From: Syntrophales bacterium
GTDB lineage: Bacteria > Desulfobacterota > Syntrophia > Syntrophales > UBA4778
NCBI GenBank assembly: GCA_963665615.2
Contig: CAXXQE010000001.1
Coordinates: forward strand, 699,151-763,150
Direction: 5' to 3'
Length of the DNA: 64,000 bases
Below the pieces are notes generated by a model. That model ran no database searches. It was not told the DNA's origin and saw only the letters and a list, made by a program, of their open reading frames with translations. Positions 9,516 to 18,772 of this stretch are shown in pieces (position 1 is the stretch's first letter; each line of letters opens with the position of its first letter). The position numbers and the translations under genes were made by a program.

Positions 9516-10247
9516 ATGGATCGATACATCGAGAGCCGTGAACAAAACCTGCTGATACATCTATTGAAGCCCCAACCGGGTGAGCGTATTCTTGCTCTGC
9601 TTGACGGCAGACAGGGACTTCAAGATGTGTTAAAGGCGCGCGGATGTCTCTTAACTGTACTGGATTATCCCTGTGAGGTTGTCCATACAGGCGTCGATGC
9701 TTCATGGTCGGCCCACGATGAGCTGCCCTTTGCCGACAATGAATTTGATTCAGTTATCCTGATTTCCTCTCTGGCATACGCCAACAACCCCGATCGTCTC
9801 ATTGGGGAGGCCATTCGTGTCAGCAGGGGACAGGTTTTTCTCGGCGTGGACAACAGACACTCCATTGTGGGGCTCAGTAGAAGGATAAAGGGGCTTTTCG
9901 GTTGCGTTGAAAAGAAGGGCCGTCTTTTTTCTATCCGTGAATTGAAGAGAATCATCACAACTAATCTCGGTGGCGGCACACGGATTCAATGGGGTAGTGT
10001 CATTTTTATGCCTTGTGGTTGGTACCGTCTTGCGGCGCCTGTGGAAGCGTATATTCCGGTTATTGGCAATCCTTTCGGTGCGTTCATGGGGCTGTCTTTT
10101 TCAGTAACCTATCGATACCGCACCATTCAGGAGACTATCAAGCCCTTCAGCCTGGGCATTAACGCCCATGAGTTTACCGGTAATGTCAGAAGGAATACGA
10201 TCGCCAGTTTACGTTTTTCGATCCACCGCAAGACCAAAAATAGATAA
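9516..10247 (+). CDS. Class I SAM-dependent methyltransferase-like protein
   Basis: ELPFADNEFDSV motif and EAIRVSRG; motif I degenerate. Confidence 0.65.
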   Translation: MDRYIESREQNLLIHLLKPQPGERILALLDGRQGLQDVLKARGCLLTVLDYPCEVVHTGVDASWSAHDELPFADNEFDSVILISSLAYANNPDRLIGEAIRVSRGQVFLGVDNRHSIVGLSRRIKGLFGCVEKKGRLFSIRELKRIITTNLGGGTRIQWGSVIFMPCGWYRLAAPVEAYIPVIGNPFGAFMGLSFSVTYRYRTIQETIKPFSLGINAHEFTGNVRRNTIASLRFSIHRKTKNR

Positions 10248-10416
10248 GGCCTGAGATTGATTATTGAAGGGAATCCTGTTGTGAGCGGTTTGCTCCGTGG
10301 GGGATTAATATTTCTACTTTGGAGTCGTATACAGTCACGGTCGATTATTCAAGTGACTTAATAGTCTCTCTAAAAAAGAGGGGGAAGTCAAACCGGTAGG
10401 CGGATTACAAGAAAGA

Positions 10417-10446
10417 AAGGGGTTCCGGCCTGAACCGTAACCCCTT
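10417..10446 (-). terminator. Hairpin downstream of the tRNA
   Basis: AAGGGGTT...AACCCCTT stem followed by a T-rich tract on the minus strand. Confidence 0.55.
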
Positions 10447-10455
10447 GATTTTAAA

Positions 10456-10530
10456 TGGTAGGCGGTGCTGGGATTGAACCAGCGACTTCTACCGTGTGAA
10501 GGTAGCACTCTCCCGCTGAGTTAACCGCCC
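10456..10530 (-). tRNA. tRNA-Val(CAC)
   Basis: Reverse complement GGGCGGTTAACTCAGCGGGAGAGTGCTACCTT-CAC-ACGGTAGAAGTCGCTGGTTCAATCCCAGCACCGCCTACCA; cloverleaf with encoded CCA. Confidence 0.96.
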
Positions 10531-10823
10531 CTGCAATGGGGAGAGTTTATAGCCGATAGACCGTGCTTTTTCAAGTTTAAAAACAGCAATCAACTTATCT
10601 GCTTTCCTTGGCACCCTATTTCCCAGCAATGGGTTCCTTAAGTTGGCAAAAGCAGGATGCGCTCCGAAATTGTCCTATTTTTCTTTGCCGTTTTAGATGA
10701 TTAGAATCGTTCATAATAACGATTGACAAAGACGGCGATAGCATGTTACCTCTGCACGGATTTAAGGTTTAGGGCAAGGGTTCATTTATTTTTTCACTAA
10801 TTATTTTAAGGAGATGAAAGATC

Positions 10824-13253
10824 ATGCGCAAAAAATCCTTTTTTTTCGCCTTGAGCGTCATCGCTCTGCTTTCTGTCTCACTTGCAGCACCTCTGCTTGC
10901 AAGTGAGGCGGACTTGGCAATCCCTGAACTGCCGGCCGCTCAAAATCAGCTGCTGGTGTGGGGATTGGCTATCTGTATCCTTGGTATGTTTTTCGGTTAT
11001 TACATGTACGCCAAGGTCAAACGTCTTCCGGCGCATAAGTGCATGCTGGACATCTCGGACATCATTTTCCAGACTTGCAAGACCTACCTGATTCAGCAGG
11101 GGAAACTGCTTCTGGTTCTCGAGATCTTTATTGGCGCTTGCATCATTTACTACTTCGGCTTCCTACAGGCCATGCCGACAAACAACGTCTTGATTATTCT
11201 GGCCTGGTCGATTATCGGTATTCTCGGTTCTTACTCGGTCGCCTGGTTCGGCATTCGGATGAATACGCTGGCCAACAGCCGTATGGCCTTCGCCTCGCTC
11301 GAAGGCAAACCGATCAAGCTCCTCGACATTCCACTGACCGCCGGCATGAGCATCGGCGTGCTCTTGGTCTGCGTTGAGTTGATCATGATGCTGATCATTC
11401 TCATTTATGTGCCCCGCGACGTGGCCGGCGCCTCTTTCGTCGGTTTCGCCATCGGTGAGTCCCTCGGCGCCAGCGCCCTGAGAATATGCGGCGGTATCTT
11501 CACGAAGATCGCCGATATCGGCTCTGACCTCATGAAGATCGTCTTCACGATTAAAGAAGACGATCCGAGAAACCCCGGTGTCATCGCTGACTGCACCGGC
11601 GATAATGCGGGTGACAGCGTCGGCCCCACCGCGGACGGTTTCGAAACCTACGGCGTGACCGGTGTCGCGCTGATCAGCTTCATCGTCCTGGCTGTGACCA
11701 AAGTCGAATACCAGATTGCTCTGCTCGTCTGGATCTTCGTCATGCGTATTCTGATGATCGTCACCTCGATCGGTTCCTACTTCATCAATAAGGCCTTCAC
11801 CAACGCCACCATGGCAGGCAAGAGCAAAGTCAACTTCGAAGCGGCCCTGACCTCACTGGTCTGGATCACCTCGATCGTCTCCATCATCGTGACCTTCATT
11901 GTCAGCAAGTGGCAATTGGGCGGCGATACAACCGATCCCAATCTCTGGATCAAACTCTCGGTCATCATCAGTTGCGGAACGATAGCCGCAGCCCTGATCC
12001 CCGAATTCGTCAAGGTCTTCACCAGCGCAAAGTCCAAGCACGTCAACGAGGTCGTCACGGCTGCTCGGGAAGGCGGACCGTCCCTGGACATCCTCTCCGG
12101 CTTTGTCGCCGGGAACTTCAGCGCCTTCTGGCTGGGCATTTCGATCTTCGCCCTGATGTTTATCGCCTATCACACAAGCACCTTGGGCCTGTCGAACTTT
12201 ATGGTGTACCCCTCGGTCTTTGCCTTCGGCCTGGTTGCCTTCGGATTCCTCGGTATGGGCCCGGTGACGATCGCTGTTGACAGCTACGGCCCGGTGACCG
12301 ATAATGCGCAGTCTATCTATGAGCTGTCCCTGATCGAAACCATTCCCAACCTCGAAAAGGAAATCGAGAGCAACTACGGCTTCAAGCCTCAACTGGATAT
12401 CGCCAAGCATTATCTGGAAGAGAACGACGGTTGCGGAAATACCTTCAAGGCCACGGCCAAACCCGTTTTGATCGGTACGGCGGTCGTCGGCGCCACCACC
12501 ATGATCTTCTCGCTTATCCTGATGCTGAAGAAGGCGCTGGGCATCCAGCCTGAACTGATCCTGAACCTGCTCAACCCCTACACCCTGCTTGGTTTCCTCG
12601 CGGGCGGATCGGTCATTTACTGGTTCACCGGCGCTTCGACCCAGGCCGTTACCACGGGCGCTTACAGGGCAGTTCAGTACATCAAGAATAATATCAAACT
12701 GGATGACGAGGCCAACCTGAGTGCTTCGACCGAGAACTCCAAGGAAGTCGTCAAGATCTGCACGCAGTATGCACAGAAGGGGATGTTCAATATCTTCATC
12801 GGCATCTTCTGCTTCGCCCTGGCCTTTGCCTTCCTGTCTGCTCCGGTAACGGGTCCGGAAGCTGCTGCTCTGTTCATCAGCTACCTGATCTCAATTGCGG
12901 TCTTCGGTCTGTTCCAGGCCATCTTCATGGCCAATGCCGGCGGTTGCTGGGATAACGCCAAGAAGGTCGTCGAAGTCGATCTGAAGGAAAAGGGCACCGA
13001 TCTGCATGCGGCCGCCGTTATTGGCGACACCGTCGGCGATCCCTTCAAGGATACCTCGTCGGTTGCTCTGAACCCGATCATCAAGTTCACGACACTGTTC
13101 GGGCTTCTGGCAATGGAGATCGCGATTTCGCCTGCCATGAAGGGCTCTGCAACCATCGTGGGACTGGTTTTCCTGGCAATTGCTCTGATCTTCGTCTGGA
13201 GATCGTTCTATGCGATGAGAATTCCGCAGGAAGATTTTTCTGAGAAGAAGTAA
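10824..13253 (+). CDS. hppA: Membrane-bound ion-translocating pyrophosphatase, K+-independent type
   Basis: GGIFTKIADIGSDL, EDDPRNP, DSYGPVTDNA, GDTVGDPFKD motifs; GNTFKA has the Lys that marks K+ independence. Confidence 0.95.
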   Translation: MRKKSFFFALSVIALLSVSLAAPLLASEADLAIPELPAAQNQLLVWGLAICILGMFFGYYMYAKVKRLPAHKCMLDISDIIFQTCKTYLIQQGKLLLVLEIFIGACIIYYFGFLQAMPTNNVLIILAWSIIGILGSYSVAWFGIRMNTLANSRMAFASLEGKPIKLLDIPLTAGMSIGVLLVCVELIMMLIILIYVPRDVAGASFVGFAIGESLGASALRICGGIFTKIADIGSDLMKIVFTIKEDDPRNPGVIADCTGDNAGDSVGPTADGFETYGVTGVALISFIVLAVTKVEYQIALLVWIFVMRILMIVTSIGSYFINKAFTNATMAGKSKVNFEAALTSLVWITSIVSIIVTFIVSKWQLGGDTTDPNLWIKLSVIISCGTIAAALIPEFVKVFTSAKSKHVNEVVTAAREGGPSLDILSGFVAGNFSAFWLGISIFALMFIAYHTSTLGLSNFMVYPSVFAFGLVAFGFLGMGPVTIAVDSYGPVTDNAQSIYELSLIETIPNLEKEIESNYGFKPQLDIAKHYLEENDGCGNTFKATAKPVLIGTAVVGATTMIFSLILMLKKALGIQPELILNLLNPYTLLGFLAGGSVIYWFTGASTQAVTTGAYRAVQYIKNNIKLDDEANLSASTENSKEVVKICTQYAQKGMFNIFIGIFCFALAFAFLSAPVTGPEAAALFISYLISIAVFGLFQAIFMANAGGCWDNAKKVVEVDLKEKGTDLHAAAVIGDTVGDPFKDTSSVALNPIIKFTTLFGLLAMEIAISPAMKGSATIVGLVFLAIALIFVWRSFYAMRIPQEDFSEKK

Positions 13254-13276
13254 GCTTCTCTGAAGCATAACAAGTG

Positions 13277-13311
13277 AAAAGGGGAATCTGAACTGTCAGG
13301 TTCCCCTTTTT
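13277..13311 (+). terminator. Rho-independent terminator of hppA
   Basis: AAAAGGGGAATCTGA...TCAGGTTCCCCTTTTT. Confidence 0.85.
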
Positions 13312-13382
13312 CTTATTGTTATCGATAAAACGCTTTCCGAAACTTTATAGCGTCCGTGAATCACAGTTGGCAGAAAAATGTT

Positions 13383-13435
13383 TAAACATGATTCATTCGC
13401 ATTCTCACCAGCGTGCTGCGGGGAGTGCGCACGCT
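13383..13435. repeat. Partial copy of the 305-419 / 44498-44616 palindromic element
   Basis: TAAACATGATTC..TCGCATTC...GGGGAGTGCG resembles 360-402 and the reverse complement of 44511-44557. Confidence 0.5.
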
Positions 13436-13620
13436 ATTGGCACATACCGGCATTTTGGTTGACATGTTGCCGGGCTTTTCCTATACTTCTCTGGCCATCG
13501 TAATCAAGAAACCGGATCTGTCGATCCTCTTCCTGATCACAAGGTAAGCGCCTCGTTTGTTTCATTTCTTTATTATCTAACACCGAATCAGGGTACAACA
13601 GACAAGTGGAGATCACTGCT

Positions 13621-13957
13621 ATGCACAAGTCTCTTCAAAGCCGCCCTGCTTTCGGGGCTGGTTTTTCCTGGCCTAGGACAATTGTATCTGGGGCAGAAGC
13701 GCCGGGGGGTACTCATCTTTCTTTCAGCCCTTCTTGTTTTGATCTTCATTATTTTCCATATGACAAGTTTAATCTATCGGGAAATCGCCGTGACGGTTGC
13801 CAAAGGAGAAGCGGTCGATGTGGTGGCTGTCGAAAAGGCGATGGGCGTCGAAGGTGGTTCCACGATACGCGTTGGATCGTTGTTGTTGCTTGTGCTATGG
13901 GGGATTTCAATCTTTCTCGCGTTGAAGGCATCTCCCCAAGGCAGCTGCGGAGAGTGA
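13621..13957 (+). pseudogene. Small membrane protein with an apparent frameshift after codon 5
   Basis: RBS GGAG + ATG CAC AAG TCT CTT, one extra base, then KAALLSGLVFPGLGQLYLGQKRRG... in the frame of ORF 13682-13957. Confidence 0.6.
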
Positions 13958-14001
13958 CGGACGAACATTTTTTAGAAATCCTATTTTAAGGAGGGGACGC
14001 T

Positions 14002-15378
14002 GTGGATGTTTTAACATTGAGCAGGTTGCAATTTGCGGTTACGAGCGGATTCCATTTCATCTTTGTCCCGCTGACCCTTGGGTTGTCGGTGTTGACGGCG
14101 TGGATGGAGTGGCGCTACGTCAGGACGGGCGATGAGACATGGTTGCGGATGACCAGATTTTGGGGGAGGCTTTTTTTGATCAACTTCGCCCTCGGGATTG
14201 TCACCGGCATTACACTGGAGTTTCAATTCGGCACCAACTGGGCGGAGTATTCCAAATACGTGGGAGACATTTTTGGTGCACCTCTGGCCATCGAGGCGAC
14301 ACTGGCGTTCTTCCTGGAATCTGTCTTTATTGGTGTGTGGCTCTTCGGATGGCAAAAGGTTTCAAAGAAGATGCATGCCTGGGCGATTACCATTGTCGCC
14401 TTTGCGACTAATCTGTCCGCACTATGGATCCTCCTGGCCAATGGTTGGATGCAGAACCCGGTGGGTGCGCAAGTCACGCGCTTTGTCGGAAACCCCGTTA
14501 TCAGCGAACGGGCCGAGATGGCGAGTTTTCTGGCCGTTGCGACCAATCCATCCGGCTGGCTGAAGTTCTTCCATACGGTTTTGGGCGGTTATACAGTGGC
14601 GGCCTTTTTCGTAATGGGGATTGCTGCATGGCATCTGCTGAGAAAAAATGAGGTCGATCTCTTCAAGCGTTCTTTCAGGTTGGCAGCTGTCTTCGGGCTG
14701 GTTTCAGTGGTTTTTGTTGCCTTCACGGGTGATTTGCACGGTAAAAACGTTGCCAAAACACAGCCGACAAAACTCGCAGCGCTGGAAGCGACCTGGAAGA
14801 CCGAGTCCGGCGGCACAAGTCTTCCGGTTTTTCTGATCGTTGATGAGAAGAATGAGCGAAATGCCATTGAGTGGCTGGTCATTCCCAAACTGACGAGTTA
14901 TCTGTCGTTCGGCCAGGGAGATAAGCCTGTCAAGGGACTCCAGGAATTTAAAAAGGAGGACCGGCCGCCCGTGGCAGTCACCTGTTACAGTTTTCGTGTG
15001 ATGGCCTTGCTTGGCGTCGTTATGCTGGGGCTGAGTCTCTGGGCGGTATATGCCACCCTCAAGAATAGAACGGACACGTCATCCGGATTGCTAAGGGTTA
15101 TGGTATGGGCCATTCCGGTTCCCTACGTCGCCATACAGCTCGGATGGATTGTTGCAGAGGTTGGACGTCAGCCTTGGTTGGTGTACGGGATGCTTAGGAC
15201 GTCTGACGGTGTTTCAAAATCCATTGATCCCTTCCAGGTCGCAACGTCCCTGGCGGCCTTTGCGATCGCCTATACGATCCTGGGCGTTATTGACATCTAT
15301 CTGCTCATCAAGTACGCAAAAAAAGGCCCGGAAGGTGTTGAGGCATCCGGCAGGACAACAGCAGGGGGGGCGTTATGA
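14002..15378 (+). CDS. cydA: Cytochrome bd quinol oxidase subunit I
   Basis: LSRLQFAVTSGFHFIFVPLTLG, EFQFGTNW, QPTKLAALE, EVGRQPW. Confidence 0.97.
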   Translation: MDVLTLSRLQFAVTSGFHFIFVPLTLGLSVLTAWMEWRYVRTGDETWLRMTRFWGRLFLINFALGIVTGITLEFQFGTNWAEYSKYVGDIFGAPLAIEATLAFFLESVFIGVWLFGWQKVSKKMHAWAITIVAFATNLSALWILLANGWMQNPVGAQVTRFVGNPVISERAEMASFLAVATNPSGWLKFFHTVLGGYTVAAFFVMGIAAWHLLRKNEVDLFKRSFRLAAVFGLVSVVFVAFTGDLHGKNVAKTQPTKLAALEATWKTESGGTSLPVFLIVDEKNERNAIEWLVIPKLTSYLSFGQGDKPVKGLQEFKKEDRPPVAVTCYSFRVMALLGVVMLGLSLWAVYATLKNRTDTSSGLLRVMVWAIPVPYVAIQLGWIVAEVGRQPWLVYGMLRTSDGVSKSIDPFQVATSLAAFAIAYTILGVIDIYLLIKYAKKGPEGVEASGRTTAGGAL

Positions 15379-16400
15379 TGGAAACGTTGCAGATCATCTG
15401 GTTTATCTTGTGGGGAGTCCTTTGGACCGTGTATTTTATGTTGGACGGTTTTGTCCTGGGTACGGGGATCTTGTATTTCAATCTGGCCCGAACCGATGTC
15501 GAACGGCGGATCTTAATTCGAAGCGTGGGACCGGTCTGGAACGGCAATGAGGTCTGGCTGCTGACCGCAGGCGGCGCTACCTTTGCGGCGTTTCCGACGA
15601 CCTACGCCCTGATGTTCAGTTACTTGTATGCGGCGCTTTTGCTTCTGCTCTTTTCACTGATCTTCCGAGGCGTGGCGCTCGAATTGCGCGAAAAAACGAC
15701 GGCGTCGTTCAAGCCGCTTTGGGATACGGCGATCTTCCTGTCGAGCTTTGCGGTTGCGCTACTCCTAGGGGTCGCTTTCGGCAATATTTTTGCCGGGCTG
15801 CCCATGGACGTGAAGGGCTATCACGGCAGCCTCCTGAGCCTGCTCAATCCATACGGGCTTGTTGCCGGGGTGCTGTTTCTCCTTCTTTTCGCCCTTCACG
15901 GAGCGCTCTATATCGCCTCGAAGACAACCGGCGATCTTGCCGATCGCGCTCGTCAGAAGGCGGCGACGCTTTGGCCCGTGCTGCTCGTCGTGGCCGTGGT
16001 CTTCCTGGTTTTTACCGCCTTTGCGACGCATCTCTACGATAACTACTTAAAGGCGTCTCTCCTTCTCATCGTGCCGGTCGTCGCGGTAGCGTCGCTTTTG
16101 GGCATCCGGATCTTTCTCGCCAAAGGGAAGCCGGTGAAAGCCTTTGCCGCATCGTGCCTGACGATCGTTGGCGTCGCTTTTACGGGCATTGCGGGACTGT
16201 TCCCGAATCTTATCCCGTCGAGTCTTGATCCGACATTTAACCTGACCATCTACAACTCGTCATCGAGCAAACTGACCCTGACCGTCATGACTATCGTGGC
16301 CCTCATCTTCGTGCCCATCGTCATTGCCTATAAGATCTGGGTTTACCGCCTCTTCGGCGGCCGCGTCACTGAAGAGGATGTGACGGAAGAAGGATATTAG
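15375..16400 (+). CDS. cydB: Cytochrome bd quinol oxidase subunit II
   Basis: LDGFVLG, GPVWNGNEVWL, FAAFP motifs; coupled to cydA. Confidence 0.97.
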   Translation: MMETLQIIWFILWGVLWTVYFMLDGFVLGTGILYFNLARTDVERRILIRSVGPVWNGNEVWLLTAGGATFAAFPTTYALMFSYLYAALLLLLFSLIFRGVALELREKTTASFKPLWDTAIFLSSFAVALLLGVAFGNIFAGLPMDVKGYHGSLLSLLNPYGLVAGVLFLLLFALHGALYIASKTTGDLADRARQKAATLWPVLLVVAVVFLVFTAFATHLYDNYLKASLLLIVPVVAVASLLGIRIFLAKGKPVKAFAASCLTIVGVAFTGIAGLFPNLIPSSLDPTFNLTIYNSSSSKLTLTVMTIVALIFVPIVIAYKIWVYRLFGGRVTEEDVTEEGY

Positions 16401-16448
16401 ATGAAGATCTGGGCCTTTCGAGTTTCGATCCCAGAGTTAAATAATTTC

Positions 16449-16479
16449 TACGGGGGCTTATTCATTATAAGCCCCCGTA
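16449..16479. terminator. 13-bp stem hairpin after cydB
   Basis: TACGGGGGCTTAT-TCATT-ATAAGCCCCCGTA. Confidence 0.6.
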
Positions 16480-16588
16480 AAGCGTGTCTTGCCGATAGTC
16501 TAACAAAATATGGTTCGACGTTTTGGACGTATTGTTGTTCCGATTTACTTTGACTTGACGTAGGAGGCTTCGCTATAGTGCGGGGCCT

Positions 16589-17902
16589 ATGAAATCCTTT
16601 CTGACTATCTGGACCGGCAACCTCGTATCCCTTTTCGGATCGGGGATGGTCCGTTTTGCCATCACGATCTGGCTTTGGCAGCAAACTGGAAAGGCAACGT
16701 CGCTTGCCATCGTCGGTCTGTGCTATTTACTGTCCTATCTCCTGGCAGCGCCCCTCGCCGGTTGCGTGGCGGACCGCGTCAATCGGAAGGCAATGATGAT
16801 TGCGGCATACGTCCTCGGGGCTTTTGCGACCCTTGGCGGCTATCTACTGGTTGCTTCCGCCTCTCTGACCGTTTCACTTCTCTATGCGTGGATCTGTATT
16901 GGCGCTGTTTTGGATTCCTTCTATAATCTGGCCTATCTGCCCGCTACAACCCTGATTGTTCCCAAAGCGTCGTATGTCAAGGCCAGCGGCTTGCAGTCTT
17001 TTGAACGCTCTATGACGGAGGCCCTGGCCCCGCTCAGCGCTGGCGTTCTTCTTCCCATGATCGGTTTCAAGGGTATCTTAGTTATTGATCTGCTGACATT
17101 TATTGTTGCCATCGTCGCACACGCGATCATTGCCGTGCCGGCCACGTTGCATAGGGAGTATGCTTCAGCCGGGGCTCGAAAAAATCCGCTGGTCGAAGGC
17201 GTTCGCTATTTTTGGCAGCGAAAAGGACTTCTGGGGGTACTTCTCGTTGGCGGCGGCTTCAGCCTGATTATGGGATTCGTCTCTTCGATCTTTCCAGCCA
17301 TGATCCTCGCCAAGACATCCGGGAGTAATATGGCGCTGGCCACCGTGCAGGCGGCGCCCGGGATCGGGGGCATCGTCGGCGGGATTCTCGTTGGCCTCTG
17401 GGGCGGACCGAAACCACGCATTTTGAGCTTCCTGGGAGGCGGGGCGCTCTATTTCATCTTGAATATCGGCCTGACGGCTATTGGCCACACGAGCGCGGTC
17501 TGGGTGATTGCCGGTTTTGCGGGGGGAGTGCTCTATCCTGTTGTCATGAGCAGTTCCCTGGCTATTTGGCAGTCCAAGATCGAGTCACACTTTCAAGGGC
17601 GTATCTTTGCGCTACGCTCGATAGTCTATGTCGCGCCCCTGCTGGTCGGTTATTTTTGCAGCGGTTTTCTGGCCGATCAAGTTTTTGAGCCGGCCATGGC
17701 GAATAGCGCGCTCCTCTCCGGTGCGTTCGGCTGGATTGTCGGGACCGGCCCCGGTGCAGGTATGGCGCTCATCTTTCTTCTTGCGACTGTACTCGGAACC
17801 GCTATGCATCTAGCGGCCTGGCTCATCCCCGCTATCCGTTATGTGGAGACCGATCTGCCCGATCACACCTATGACCGAGGCGATATTGCTCAAACTGTTT
17901 AA
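16589..17902 (+). CDS. MFS transporter (Mef/DHA3-like efflux)
   Basis: IWTGNLVSLFGS, GCVADRVNRK motif A, QGRIFA; about 12 TM segments. Confidence 0.9.
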   Translation: MKSFLTIWTGNLVSLFGSGMVRFAITIWLWQQTGKATSLAIVGLCYLLSYLLAAPLAGCVADRVNRKAMMIAAYVLGAFATLGGYLLVASASLTVSLLYAWICIGAVLDSFYNLAYLPATTLIVPKASYVKASGLQSFERSMTEALAPLSAGVLLPMIGFKGILVIDLLTFIVAIVAHAIIAVPATLHREYASAGARKNPLVEGVRYFWQRKGLLGVLLVGGGFSLIMGFVSSIFPAMILAKTSGSNMALATVQAAPGIGGIVGGILVGLWGGPKPRILSFLGGGALYFILNIGLTAIGHTSAVWVIAGFAGGVLYPVVMSSSLAIWQSKIESHFQGRIFALRSIVYVAPLLVGYFCSGFLADQVFEPAMANSALLSGAFGWIVGTGPGAGMALIFLLATVLGTAMHLAAWLIPAIRYVETDLPDHTYDRGDIAQTV

Positions 17903-18040
17903 ATCCCATCCCTTGAAGTCATTTTCTCTTTCCACTTCCTATCGAGGATGATCTTGCGAGCAAGGTTATTTTTCTTTTTTCTCTGGCTTAACAAAACTTG
18001 ACGCTTTCAAGGTTGATCCCTATGAACATTTTCATATAAG

Positions 18041-18064
18041 TATTTCAAATAAACATTTGAAATA
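18041..18064. promoter_or_regulatory. Probable TetR operator
   Basis: Perfect 10-bp inverted repeat TATTTCAAAT-AAAC-ATTTGAAATA just before the tetR start; TTGACG-N17-TATGAA upstream. Confidence 0.75.
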
Positions 18065-18076
18065 TCGGATGGACGC

Positions 18077-18772
18077 ATGGGCAGGACGAAACGAAAGATC
18101 AGTCATACGGCCGAGCGACTTCTTGAAGTGGCTGCGGATCTTTTCGCTGAAAAGGGGTATCACAGCGCTACGGTGAAAGAGATCTGCGACCGCGCGCGGG
18201 CCAATATTGCGGCGATCAATTACCACTTCAGCAGCAAGAAAACGCTTTATATCGAGGCATGGCGGCGATCTTTCAAGGCATCGATCCAGGCGCATCCGCC
18301 GGATGGCGGTGTTCCCGCGAATGCGCCCGCAGAGGAGCGTCTTCAGGGGCAGATTGCGGGGTTGCTGCATCGTATTGCAGACAAAGATAACAGGGAATTT
18401 TGGATTGCCCGTCGTGAGGTTACACAGCCCACAGGCCTCCTTGAGGAAGTCATACGAAAGGAACTTCACCCGTTGCATGAGCGCATGGAGCGGGTTGTCC
18501 GGGAGATTCTCGGGAAGGATGTCTCGGCCGGCGAAGTCCGCTTTGCGGTCATGAGTATCGTCAGCCAATGTATCGATCCAATCGGCATGCGGGATCCGCA
18601 CTCGGTCGAATCGCCAGGGAAGCCAGCCCTGATCGGTCGGGACATCGATCGTTTTGCCGAGCATATCTATCGTTTTTCGCTGGGAGGGCTTCTTGCCATG
18701 CGCCCCGTTGACAAGGGCAGTGGAGCCGTAAAGCCGTTTCACCCTGGAAAAAAGTGTCGAGAAAAGGAATGA
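18077..18772 (+). CDS. TetR family regulator (CecR/YbiH-like C-terminus)
   Basis: LFAEKGYHSATVKEICDRARANIAAINYHFSSKKTLY HTH. Confidence 0.93.
   Translation: MGRTKRKISHTAERLLEVAADLFAEKGYHSATVKEICDRARANIAAINYHFSSKKTLYIEAWRRSFKASIQAHPPDGGVPANAPAEERLQGQIAGLLHRIADKDNREFWIARREVTQPTGLLEEVIRKELHPLHERMERVVREILGKDVSAGEVRFAVMSIVSQCIDPIGMRDPHSVESPGKPALIGRDIDRFAEHIYRFSLGGLLAMRPVDKGSGAVKPFHPGKKCREKE

Noticed and set aside
10250..10530. Island integrated at tRNA-Val
   Set aside because: No integrase and no duplicated tRNA 3' end seen; flanking genes are housekeeping
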